Below are positions 43,598 to 52,577 of a DNA stretch of 64,000 bases, in pieces; the first letter of the stretch is position 1, and each line of letters begins with the position of its first letter. Both the position numbers and the translations under genes were made by a program. The notes beneath the pieces are model-generated. The model was not told the origin of the DNA. It searched no databases and was given only the letters and a program-made list of their open reading frames with translations. The stretch comes from Candidatus Omnitrophota bacterium (GTDB taxonomy: Bacteria > Omnitrophota > Gorgyraeia > JABMRG01): contig JAQUQI010000005.1 of NCBI GenBank assembly GCA_028716165.1, positions 24,996 to 88,995 of the forward strand, in the 5' to 3' direction.

Positions 43598-46500
43598 ATG
43601 AAAAATACAGCAAGGCTCAATTTAGCGGCCGGGTTTAAGGTAAAAAGCGTAAGCATTTTACTTACAGCCGCCCTATGCCTTACCAATATCCAGCCTTCTT
43701 TTGCCGCTTTCAGTTCTATAGCGCAATCGGGTTTTAGCGCTTCCGTTACCATCGGAGAAGTGAAAAATTCTTATCCGGAGAAACCGGATTTTTATGCTTC
43801 GGCATATCCTTACATAAAATACTTTTTGGATAGAGCGCTTGATAACACTGTCCAGACGGATTATGCATTTAACGGGTTTACAAGGAGTTTTCAGCGTTAT
43901 AATGGCGGCCAAACGGCCAACTGCGAGTCATTGATATTTTCCGGGGCGTCAAGTTATGACCAAGCCATATTGGGAAGGATAAGCCTGTTTAACGGCCTTA
44001 CCACGATACTTGATACTTATGTGAGTTTTTATAATAATCTTTCTGACGAGTTAAACCCGGTTTTGAAATGCAGCAGCGGCTATACGGACGACGCCGGTAA
44101 TGAGTTGTTATACGGGCCGTATCGTATAGTACGGATAGCAAATCGGGACACATCCCCGGATTGGTGGAACAGTTGGGACTGGTCTGTTGATACCGGAGCT
44201 GCCGCTGTCCTTATTATGTATGCTGCCGAGGCCTATGACAAGACTCTGACGCAAGACTACAAAAAATTTGCTGTTCTTTTGGGCGATTATATACTCAAAC
44301 TCCAGGACGCTGACGGCGGCCTGCGTTATGGCCCAAGGGGCATGTATCATGATTCAGGCCCGGACTTTTATTGGAATTTAAAATCAACCGAACAGAATGA
44401 GCGCGCCCTTTATGCCCTTGAGGCTTTATATCATATAACCCAGAACAGTTCTTATCAACAAGCGGCGGACAAGATAAAGGCATGGCTTAAGAGTATGTAT
44501 GATTTTAGTACTCACCTGTTCCACTCAGCGTCAAGCCGCGAAAATGGTGTGTGGATAAAATCAGATTTTGGTTATGTGGCCACTGATGTAATGGCGCTGG
44601 CGCCTTTGAGCATGATGTTTGACGATACATTTTTTGGCGCAACCCAGAACCAGAGGGATGCCGAAGTGGACGCGATGTTTACCGCTATAGAAACAAGGAC
44701 GGCATTTCTTAATGCTGATAGTAAACCGGTCTTTTTCAAGTTCTCTGTTTCGCAGACAGGTAGTTATGGCTCGGTTGAGATATCTTCTCAAATGGCACTG
44801 GCGTATTTGAGGGCCGCGCAGATATATCACGAGAGAGGGTCAAGCCAAACAAAGGCGGCCCAATACCTTGATAAATACAACACCTTAGTAAACAGCATAG
44901 AAGGTTTTTTTACTGTTCCTGACGACGATGCCGCTTCAAAAATAGCGCCTTACGCTTCTTATCTGGATAAGACTGTTGCCGGGAATGTCCCCACAGGCAC
45001 GGGTTTTGACACCTATAACTGCGAGGCCGCCCTTGCCTCCGGTTATTTTGTTTTCGCAAAGACAGGTTATATACCGTATCTTTATGATGGCGGTAATGGT
45101 ATTCCTAATGTAGGGGGCGCTGTAATACCCGCAAGCGGCGATAGCGATTATGACGGTATTCCCGATAATTATGACGCTGATCCATCCAATCCTTATGACG
45201 CTTATGAAATGGATGATACCGGGTTTACGGGGCTTGAAAAATATATTCTAACCGCGCGCGGTATAGATATTTTTGACAGCACTATGTATGTAGCGTTTTC
45301 CGCCTCGCCTTTAACGGGCCAGATACCGCTTGACGTCACATTTACCGTTAACGCGATAGGCAGTGATATTGTTAAATATGAATGGGATTTTGACGGGAAC
45401 GGAACATATGACAGATGGCAATACGCTTCCGAAGGCAATACCGTAAAATATAAATATACGGCTGGAGGCGCGCATAATGCAAAAGTCCGTGTGACCAATA
45501 AGAATGGGAAAATAGCTGTTTCCGGTCTGACCGTCAACGCGTTAAAAACACCATCTTCGCCTACGGCTCGGTTGTCCGGCGATCTATTGTCATATCCTGT
45601 GGCAAATGAATTCGTAATAGCCTCAACCCGTGCCCTGAAAGGAACCGGCGCGGCATATTCCGGAAAAGAGATTGTGATGTATCAATGGGATGTCTCCGGA
45701 AACGGAGAGTATGAGCTTTCATCCGCGAAGTCGGCTGATGCCACAAAGAGATTTGACGAGACGATATCGCGTATGTTTACAGGCTCGCTTAAAGTGACTG
45801 ATTCGTCGGGTTTATCAGATACAGCCTATTTGAGCGTGATGTCCAACGCCGCGGGATGGGATAATTCTAATTACAGGCCTGTTGTTTATCTGGATAATAG
45901 CGTTGTATATGGGGTATCGGCTTCAAGCGTTACATTGGGTGGTTACGGCATGCCTGCCGCCGGCAATAGCTACGGATATGCTAAGAAACTTGAATGGGAT
46001 TTTGAATCAGACGGTATATATGATTGGTCGTCATCTGTAGAAAACAGCGGGTGGACAGGTTTTGCAAGCGTTAATCGCAAATACGGCGCCCCGGGCATTT
46101 ATAGGGCCACATTAAAGGCCCACACAGAGGCTAATCTGTCTTCTTATAAAACCGGTATAGTTATTATAGAAGGCGGTGAGCCCGCGGTCCGTGCCGAAGC
46201 CCTGGTATCTGCCGATGGAGGCCCGCTTACGGGTGAGATTACAAGCGCGGTGGTCCCTGTCAAGGCAAGATTCAACCATTTGTCAAGCACGGCGGATGCT
46301 GTTCAATTTGAATGGGATTTTGACGGTGATAAGAGAATTGATTATACAACGACAGACCCCAATGAAACACCCGTGTATAACTATGCGGTACCGGGTTATT
46401 TTGTCGCCACACTAAAGGTGACCGATTCCAGCGGAAATATTGACACAGATTACATCCCTGTGTTTTGTGCTTATCCGGTTTCTTATGGTAGCGCTATAAA

Positions 46501-47518
46501 GGCCCCCAAAGAAGGCCAGGTTATCGCCGGAAATTCCGTAACGCTGTCTGCCGATGTCTTTCCTGATGACGCGGGGATAAACAGCGTTATGTTCCAGTAT
46601 AGCCCTGACGGAGGTGTTTCATGGTTTGATATCGGCTATGGCCAGCCGGTCATGTCTTACGCGGTCGCCTGGGATACTACCGCGCGCGCTAATGGCACCT
46701 ATAATGTAAGGGCTATAGTAAACGGTATTTCTTCATCTGATTTCAAGACCATGACCCTTATCATAGACAACAGTTCCGCGGCGCCCGATGTCTATGAAAA
46801 TAATAATGGCACCTATGTAAAGAGCCAGGTTGTAGACCCGTGGCAGTCAAGCAGTATGGTGCTTTTAGACGGCACGCGTATAGACATACCTTATGGCTCC
46901 GTTCCGGGCAGCAGCGTTACAACGCTTACTTCCAAGCAGGTCATTATACCGGGCGCTAGTAATACTATAGATGTTACTATGACGGGATTAAGCCAGTTCT
47001 TGAAAGATATAACTATTACGATACCTTATCCGGATGCCGATAATGACGGTATTATTGACGGAACAAATATTAATGAAAATGATCTTGTCCTGAAATGGTA
47101 TAACGAGAATACGGGTGAGTGGGAAATACTGTATAATTCGGTAGTATATCCTAATGAGAATCTTATTTCAGCACAGGTGAATCATTTGACTATTTTTGGC
47201 TGGGGTGTTTTGGCCGGCGGCGCGGCGGCTGTTTCTTCCGGAAGCGGTTCATCATCCGGCTCAAGCTCGGTTGCCAGTTATTGCTTTATCGCGACAGCGG
47301 CATACGGCACTCCCGCATCGCAAGACGTATTGACTTTAAGAGCATTCAGGGATAATTATCTTTTAAAGTCGCGGTTAGGCGCGGCATTTGTTGACAATTA
47401 CTACAAGATTAGCCCGCCTTTGGCGAGATTTATATGCGATAAGCCTGTTTTAAGAAAGCTTGTAAGGCTTCTTTTGAAACCTTTTGTCCTGATTGCCCGC
47501 GCGGCAAATGCCTGCTGA
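43598..47518 (+). CDS. Large secreted protein (1306 aa) with PKD-like repeats, thrombospondin-type-3-like Asp-rich repeat, and a C-terminal Gly/Ser linker plus a CFIATAAYG-containing tail
   Basis: Signal peptide ...QPSFA | AFSSIAQSGFSASVTIGEV (family-A N-terminus). PKD-like motifs are YEWDFDGNGTYD, WDVSGNGEYE, LEWDFESDGIYD and FEWDFDGDKRIDY. DSDYDGIPDNYDADPSNPYD is TSP3-like. C-terminus: GSGSSSGSSSVASYCFIATAAYGTP...FRDNYLL...YY.ISPP. Confidence 0.6.
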   Translation: MKNTARLNLAAGFKVKSVSILLTAALCLTNIQPSFAAFSSIAQSGFSASVTIGEVKNSYPEKPDFYASAYPYIKYFLDRALDNTVQTDYAFNGFTRSFQRYNGGQTANCESLIFSGASSYDQAILGRISLFNGLTTILDTYVSFYNNLSDELNPVLKCSSGYTDDAGNELLYGPYRIVRIANRDTSPDWWNSWDWSVDTGAAAVLIMYAAEAYDKTLTQDYKKFAVLLGDYILKLQDADGGLRYGPRGMYHDSGPDFYWNLKSTEQNERALYALEALYHITQNSSYQQAADKIKAWLKSMYDFSTHLFHSASSRENGVWIKSDFGYVATDVMALAPLSMMFDDTFFGATQNQRDAEVDAMFTAIETRTAFLNADSKPVFFKFSVSQTGSYGSVEISSQMALAYLRAAQIYHERGSSQTKAAQYLDKYNTLVNSIEGFFTVPDDDAASKIAPYASYLDKTVAGNVPTGTGFDTYNCEAALASGYFVFAKTGYIPYLYDGGNGIPNVGGAVIPASGDSDYDGIPDNYDADPSNPYDAYEMDDTGFTGLEKYILTARGIDIFDSTMYVAFSASPLTGQIPLDVTFTVNAIGSDIVKYEWDFDGNGTYDRWQYASEGNTVKYKYTAGGAHNAKVRVTNKNGKIAVSGLTVNALKTPSSPTARLSGDLLSYPVANEFVIASTRALKGTGAAYSGKEIVMYQWDVSGNGEYELSSAKSADATKRFDETISRMFTGSLKVTDSSGLSDTAYLSVMSNAAGWDNSNYRPVVYLDNSVVYGVSASSVTLGGYGMPAAGNSYGYAKKLEWDFESDGIYDWSSSVENSGWTGFASVNRKYGAPGIYRATLKAHTEANLSSYKTGIVIIEGGEPAVRAEALVSADGGPLTGEITSAVVPVKARFNHLSSTADAVQFEWDFDGDKRIDYTTTDPNETPVYNYAVPGYFVATLKVTDSSGNIDTDYIPVFCAYPVSYGSAIKAPKEGQVIAGNSVTLSADVFPDDAGINSVMFQYSPDGGVSWFDIGYGQPVMSYAVAWDTTARANGTYNVRAIVNGISSSDFKTMTLIIDNSSAAPDVYENNNGTYVKSQVVDPWQSSSMVLLDGTRIDIPYGSVPGSSVTTLTSKQVIIPGASNTIDVTMTGLSQFLKDITITIPYPDADNDGIIDGTNINENDLVLKWYNENTGEWEILYNSVVYPNENLISAQVNHLTIFGWGVLAGGAAAVSSGSGSSSGSSSVASYCFIATAAYGTPASQDVLTLRAFRDNYLLKSRLGAAFVDNYYKISPPLARFICDKPVLRKLVRLLLKPFVLIARAANAC

Positions 47519-47571
47519 TACCAATCCCGCGCGCGGGATAGGCAAGTCTTGGCAAAAAGAGGCTGATTGAT

Positions 47572-48273
47572 ATGAGAAATATAATTACGGCTGTAATAGC
47601 GGTCTTATTGGTTTTTACTGTATTTTTTACCTCTACTACCCATGCCGAGCGGCCAGACGATGCCGGCCTATTGCCCGAAAAATTATTAAGCGGACTTCAG
47701 CTTAGGGGCACGCTTTTTACCGACAGCCTTAGCCCTTTGGCTATAATAGAATACGCCAATAGCGGACAGGTCATGATACATGAATTGGGTGATTCTGTTG
47801 AAGGGTTTAAGATCGTAAAGATATCAAGGGGAGAGGTCATAATGTCTTCCGCGGGCAGGCAGTTTACGCTTTCTTTCCCTGATGGCGGCGTTTTACAACC
47901 GATGGTTTTTGCCGCTAATGAAGGTAAATGGTATAATATAAAAACCGAAGGCAATACCATCGTTACCGATAGGGCCACTGTCGCGGGGGCGATATTAAGG
48001 ATAAAGGATATTATGAAGGATGTCCAGGTGGGCCCATATTCAGAAAACGGTAAAAAATCAGGTATGGCCGTGGCAAAATTAGATGAAAAAGGCATATTGC
48101 AGGAGATTGGCGTGAAACAGGGTGATATAATAAAATCCGTAAACGGCCTTCCGATAAATAATCCTTATCAGGTGATAAATGCCTACCGCAGGCTGAAAGA
48201 TAAAAGCGAGTTGAGAGTTGAAATTATCAGGAACGCAAGCCCGCTGGTTCTTAATTACAGGATTGAAAAATAA
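47572..48273 (+). CDS. GspC/PilP-like inner-membrane protein with C-terminal PDZ domain (type II secretion / type IV pilus-associated, tentative)
   Basis: N-terminal TM anchor, a central beta-rich segment, and a C-terminal PDZ-like GMAVAKLDEKGILQEIGVKQGDIIKSVNGLPINNPYQV. Confidence 0.45.
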   Translation: MRNIITAVIAVLLVFTVFFTSTTHAERPDDAGLLPEKLLSGLQLRGTLFTDSLSPLAIIEYANSGQVMIHELGDSVEGFKIVKISRGEVIMSSAGRQFTLSFPDGGVLQPMVFAANEGKWYNIKTEGNTIVTDRATVAGAILRIKDIMKDVQVGPYSENGKKSGMAVAKLDEKGILQEIGVKQGDIIKSVNGLPINNPYQVINAYRRLKDKSELRVEIIRNASPLVLNYRIEK

Positions 48274-48370
48274 AATCACTTTTTTACAAAATTTGTATTG
48301 AATGGTCAACCGGTCCTGTGCTATCCTAAAAAAGACATATACTCGGTGGGGATAGCACGCTCAACTTTAA

Positions 48371-48398
48371 GGGGAACGGGTATATTCCCCTTTTTTTA
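48371..48398 (+). terminator. Rho-independent terminator downstream of the GspC-like gene
   Basis: GGGGAA-cgggtata-TTCCCC followed by TTTTTTT. A second 9-bp-stem hairpin (GTGCTATCC...GGATAGCAC) lies at 48318-48358. Confidence 0.6.
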
Positions 48399-48431
48399 TT
48401 GGCAGATATACGCTAAAAGAGGTAATAAATA

Positions 48432-51400
48432 ATGCGAAAAATATTAACGGTAATATTCATAATGTCAATAGCTCTGTCATTTTCAGGCTTTGCGCATGCC
48501 TCTGATATTGAAGAAAAAACACAGTTTACCCCCTGCCAGTATAAGGGCGCTTATAAATATTACATGGACCGCGGTGAAAAATTTTTGTCCGATGAGCAAT
48601 ATGAGTCTGCTATTGAATCGTTTGAAAGGGCATTGATTATACAACCCAATTCCCAGCAGGCGCGCGCAAAAATCATAATGGCAAGAGAGTCTTTAAGCGG
48701 CAAGAAAACGATAAGCGGATCGTCGGGCAGGGAAAAGATTATACAATCAGCGGTAAATGAAGTATCCGAAACTCCGGAAGTTTACACCCAAGGCGCAAGA
48801 CGCCCGGCAGACTCTAACCAAAAACCCGTATTTGCAGATTCCAGCTCAAATACTGCTATTCGCGAAATAAAACCTGCTGACACGCTAAGTTCCAGGGCTA
48901 AAAAAGCGTTTACCTATAATGCCCCACCGGCTTATAACGATGATGTTGACCGGACGGAGCAGATTGTTCGCAATGAGCCCTCGGATGAAACAAGGCCCTC
49001 GCAGTCCGAATATACAGCTCCTGCCGTAAGGCGTATTCCGAAGCCCGGTTATCGTATTACGCCGATCCCGTCAACGTTTAAAGCAAGAGAGCGGGACGCG
49101 GAAGCGGATGAAGAGACTAAAAAATATCCATATGAAAATTATCCTTCCGAGCTATCGTATCCGTTGCCTGATGACATGCCTTCATCCGGCGCCGAAGCAG
49201 GATCTTATGGCTCGGTTTTAAAATATCCCTCGGCTTTATTGCCTGCGGCACGGGAAGAAGACGAAACGCCTTCATTGTATTTAAAAGAACCTTTTGAATG
49301 CAGAATGCCGTTGTTTCAGGAATTCTCCGACGGTTTTAATCAAAAAATACAGGAAGGCTCCGGCAATATAAACAGCCATATAGCGCCTTCGGTTATGCGT
49401 GGAGAATACCGCATAGCTTTTGGCGCGGATAGCGGCGGTTTTTTATGGAAAGACGCCAACGCGGATTATCATAATATGCCCGGTAATACAAGCTGGAGAT
49501 TTTTATACGGCGAAGACAGGCACAACAGCTATGACAAGGGCATATATTCCAGGTTAAAAGTTGATTTAGACGCGCATATAACCGATAATGTCAGCGGTTT
49601 TGGCCAAATGGTTATAGACCCATGGACCTTTGTGGGTAAAAAGAAAGTATATGTTACCGGGTCCGGCGGCGACAGTATGGAGCTGGAGTATAAATACTGG
49701 TCAAATACAAGGTCCACCATAAATGAGACTTACAGGACGGATAAAGGAGATATTGTCAGGATAAATGAAAACAAGGTAAAGGATGACAAAACGTCATCGG
49801 CCAGTTATACGGGGTTAACGGATTGGGGCAGTAACACGTTCAGCGTGCCGGAAGAAGAAATAGACAGGATGTATGTCCCTATAAGGAAACTATGGGTTGA
49901 GTATAATGAAGACCCGTACAATATGAAGGTATTTGCCATGGCCGGCCAGGAAGAAGCTCTTACATCCGACGATCCTTTGCGCTTGTCAAATAACAAAATA
50001 TGGTGGGAAGAAAGCGCCTGGCTTGACAGATATGATGAAAGCCGTGTTTTTAGCAGAGCGAATAATCCTCTTAAAAAAGGACAGTGGGTCAGGAATCTGT
50101 CGTTTATGGCAAGAGACAGCGAAGATACAAGGCTTACATTTTTGCGCGGCGCATCATTTAACGCGGAATTTCCCAGCGGCACATCCATAAAAATGGTCGC
50201 GGCAACGCCAAGAAGCCTTTGGGATAGTTATGAACAAGCCTCAAGCATTCCCGCGGCTTTTGAACTACGCTCGCCTGTCACGGACAGGCTTACATTAGGC
50301 GGGCTATATACGTTTAAGGGCGGTGTATATAAACAGTCTTTAGAGGCAATGAATAATCTTGGTTCCATAGACGCGGCTTACAGGATTTTTGACAATGTTC
50401 AACTTTTAGGCCAAATGGCGGTAAGCAATATGAAAGTTGATGAGGCCAATGGTTATAGAAGTGATTATACCGGATATGCCGGAGGGTTTGGCCTGCAGAG
50501 CCAGGGCCCGATTAACGCGACCGGAGGCAAAGGGGACAGGTATGAGATAAAGGCGATGTTTACCAGCATGAACGATAGGTTTTTCCCCGGGCTTTCAAAT
50601 TACAGGTTTACGAGAAAAGAGTTTGAATTCGCCAAGCATATATATTTTGATGATATTAATCCGGAGAATGAGGCTTCAATGTTTGGAGACGGGCTTGATG
50701 TCGGGCGCAATGCCTTTAATATTACCGCTAAGGCGCAATTCCCCGATATGCCGCTTGATACAAAATTTAATTTTAGGACCGTTTACAGCGATTCAAATGA
50801 TCATATAGAGGATGTATACAGGCTTGAAGGCACTTATAAGCCGGCAGACAAACTAACGGTAAAAGGCCTTGGGTTCTATAAACATTTACCAAAAACAAAG
50901 CAGGGCATTGACCCTCTTATAAACGCCAAAAGCGCTTACAGCGCCTTTACCGATTATTTTGCTTATGAAGATGTGTGGCTTAAGAATGATGCCATTGAAG
51001 GCGGTAAAGACCCTTCTATCGGGGCCTTCTCCGCGGGCCTTCAATATGACCTGACCGATTATTTTACGGCTGAAGGCGTGTTTGAAACAACGAATGATCC
51101 TAAGGATTATCCGAGAGGTTTATTGAATACCGAATGGGTGGATGAATATTATAAAGAGGGTATTTTATGGGACCAAATCGTGCCCGCTCTCTATGGCCAG
51201 GGCCCGTTTGGCGTGCCGCCTTATAAATATTATAATATTTATAAGGCCCGGTTTATCTATTATCCTTTTGCTCCGTTAAAGGTCACTCTCAAGTATACTT
51301 ATAATGAGAATAAATACGCCATGGCTATTGATGATAATCCAACGGCGCAGGGTATAGAATTGGAATTTAAGCCATGCCCCAGAACTACTCTCGGTTTCCT

Positions 51401-52463
51401 TTATCAATACACAAGGCAGAGAGATCTATATAAACAGGTCGTTACAAATGAGGGTTATAATTTTGACGGGCATCATAATATCTTCGCGGCTTTTGACTAC
51501 CAGATAAATCAGGATCAGCATTTAAGAGTGATGTATGGAGCTTATGTTGGTTATGATTACGCGTATCCCGAGGAACACGATGATATAAATGCTTTGGATA
51601 CAAGGCATATAGTCAGGTTTTCTTATACGGGTAAATTCGGCCCTTCTGATAAACGTGAAGGCGCCGCTCTTATTGATTCAAAGCCTAATGCCTTCGGCCC
51701 TCTCAATCCGGCAATACCCGGAGCGGCGCTTGTTGCCAAATTTTCCGGCGGCTGGGCCAATTATGAACAAGATGCCGACAGCGCTTCGGTCAAATCGGAT
51801 TGGGACAATTATCTTTTAAGGTTTGACCTTGGGCTTGACGCCTATGACAGGGAATACTGGGAAGGCGGCATAAGATTAGGCTTATTTACCACGCTTGAAG
51901 ACCAGGAGAAGTGGGAATATGAAGGCTTGGGTGTTTATCAGACCGATGATATGAGTTTGAGGGGCGCTGACATTAACGCGAATATCGGATGGGCCATAGC
52001 AAATTCTTCAAAATACGTATCAGTTACCCCGATGCTGTGTGCCGGATATAGAAGAGTGGAATTTTCCCGCGGCCAGATATCAGCTGTAAGCAATGTTTCT
52101 CAACTCGGAGAGGTTAGCGAGAACTTTAATATTACCTATGCCGGTATCGGCGGAAGAATTGACGCGGGCCCGGTCAACAGTTTTAATTTTTATACGGGAG
52201 GTTATTGGGCGCCGCTTGTTTATGCTCCGATAAATAACAGCCGTCTCGGCAGGCTTACCTGTGATAAAGGGGATATATGGCACGCGGAAGGCGGTATTGA
52301 TTATGCCGTATCAGACCGTTTTGATTTAAATCTCGGTGGTTTTTATGATATGCAGAATTTAAGAAAGACGCAGAGAATAGACGATGGTATTGTCAGCCAT
52401 GAAATGCCGGATAATAAACTTGAAACATTTGGCATTACTTTAGGCGGCCAGTATAGATTTTAA
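48432..52463 (+). CDS. Very large (1343 aa) secreted protein: N-terminal TPR-like region, Pro/Ser/acidic linker, large beta-rich domain ending ...GGQYRF (outer-membrane beta-barrel-type C-terminus)
   Basis: Signal peptide ...GFAHA. Aromatic/Gly/Asn/Tyr-rich alternating segments throughout the C-terminal ~1000 aa. Terminal Phe. No secretin motif seen. Confidence 0.5.
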   Translation: MRKILTVIFIMSIALSFSGFAHASDIEEKTQFTPCQYKGAYKYYMDRGEKFLSDEQYESAIESFERALIIQPNSQQARAKIIMARESLSGKKTISGSSGREKIIQSAVNEVSETPEVYTQGARRPADSNQKPVFADSSSNTAIREIKPADTLSSRAKKAFTYNAPPAYNDDVDRTEQIVRNEPSDETRPSQSEYTAPAVRRIPKPGYRITPIPSTFKARERDAEADEETKKYPYENYPSELSYPLPDDMPSSGAEAGSYGSVLKYPSALLPAAREEDETPSLYLKEPFECRMPLFQEFSDGFNQKIQEGSGNINSHIAPSVMRGEYRIAFGADSGGFLWKDANADYHNMPGNTSWRFLYGEDRHNSYDKGIYSRLKVDLDAHITDNVSGFGQMVIDPWTFVGKKKVYVTGSGGDSMELEYKYWSNTRSTINETYRTDKGDIVRINENKVKDDKTSSASYTGLTDWGSNTFSVPEEEIDRMYVPIRKLWVEYNEDPYNMKVFAMAGQEEALTSDDPLRLSNNKIWWEESAWLDRYDESRVFSRANNPLKKGQWVRNLSFMARDSEDTRLTFLRGASFNAEFPSGTSIKMVAATPRSLWDSYEQASSIPAAFELRSPVTDRLTLGGLYTFKGGVYKQSLEAMNNLGSIDAAYRIFDNVQLLGQMAVSNMKVDEANGYRSDYTGYAGGFGLQSQGPINATGGKGDRYEIKAMFTSMNDRFFPGLSNYRFTRKEFEFAKHIYFDDINPENEASMFGDGLDVGRNAFNITAKAQFPDMPLDTKFNFRTVYSDSNDHIEDVYRLEGTYKPADKLTVKGLGFYKHLPKTKQGIDPLINAKSAYSAFTDYFAYEDVWLKNDAIEGGKDPSIGAFSAGLQYDLTDYFTAEGVFETTNDPKDYPRGLLNTEWVDEYYKEGILWDQIVPALYGQGPFGVPPYKYYNIYKARFIYYPFAPLKVTLKYTYNENKYAMAIDDNPTAQGIELEFKPCPRTTLGFLYQYTRQRDLYKQVVTNEGYNFDGHHNIFAAFDYQINQDQHLRVMYGAYVGYDYAYPEEHDDINALDTRHIVRFSYTGKFGPSDKREGAALIDSKPNAFGPLNPAIPGAALVAKFSGGWANYEQDADSASVKSDWDNYLLRFDLGLDAYDREYWEGGIRLGLFTTLEDQEKWEYEGLGVYQTDDMSLRGADINANIGWAIANSSKYVSVTPMLCAGYRRVEFSRGQISAVSNVSQLGEVSENFNITYAGIGGRIDAGPVNSFNFYTGGYWAPLVYAPINNSRLGRLTCDKGDIWHAEGGIDYAVSDRFDLNLGGFYDMQNLRKTQRIDDGIVSHEMPDNKLETFGITLGGQYRF

Positions 52464-52486
52464 TTTCTTTATATTATACCAAACAG

Positions 52487-52515
52487 TTGACAATGTATAA
52501 GAATAGGTGTATACT
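52487..52515 (+). promoter_or_regulatory. Near-consensus sigma70-type promoter for the ORF at 52578
   Basis: TTGACA, the 17-nt spacer atgtataagaataggtg, then TATACT. Confidence 0.55.
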
Positions 52516-52577
52516 TATTAAAAGACTTTTAAAATATAATATTAAGTTTCAAGTTTAAATACCAAGGTTGTATCCAT

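Noticed and set aside
48432-52463. Possibility that the 1343-aa protein downstream of the GspC-like gene is a secretin (GspD/PilQ)
   Set aside because: No secretin-domain motif (…ETPILGDIP(L/V)LG.LF…) and no N0/N1 ring-domain pattern was found. The size is about twice that of secretins. It is kept only as a generic OM beta-barrel candidate.
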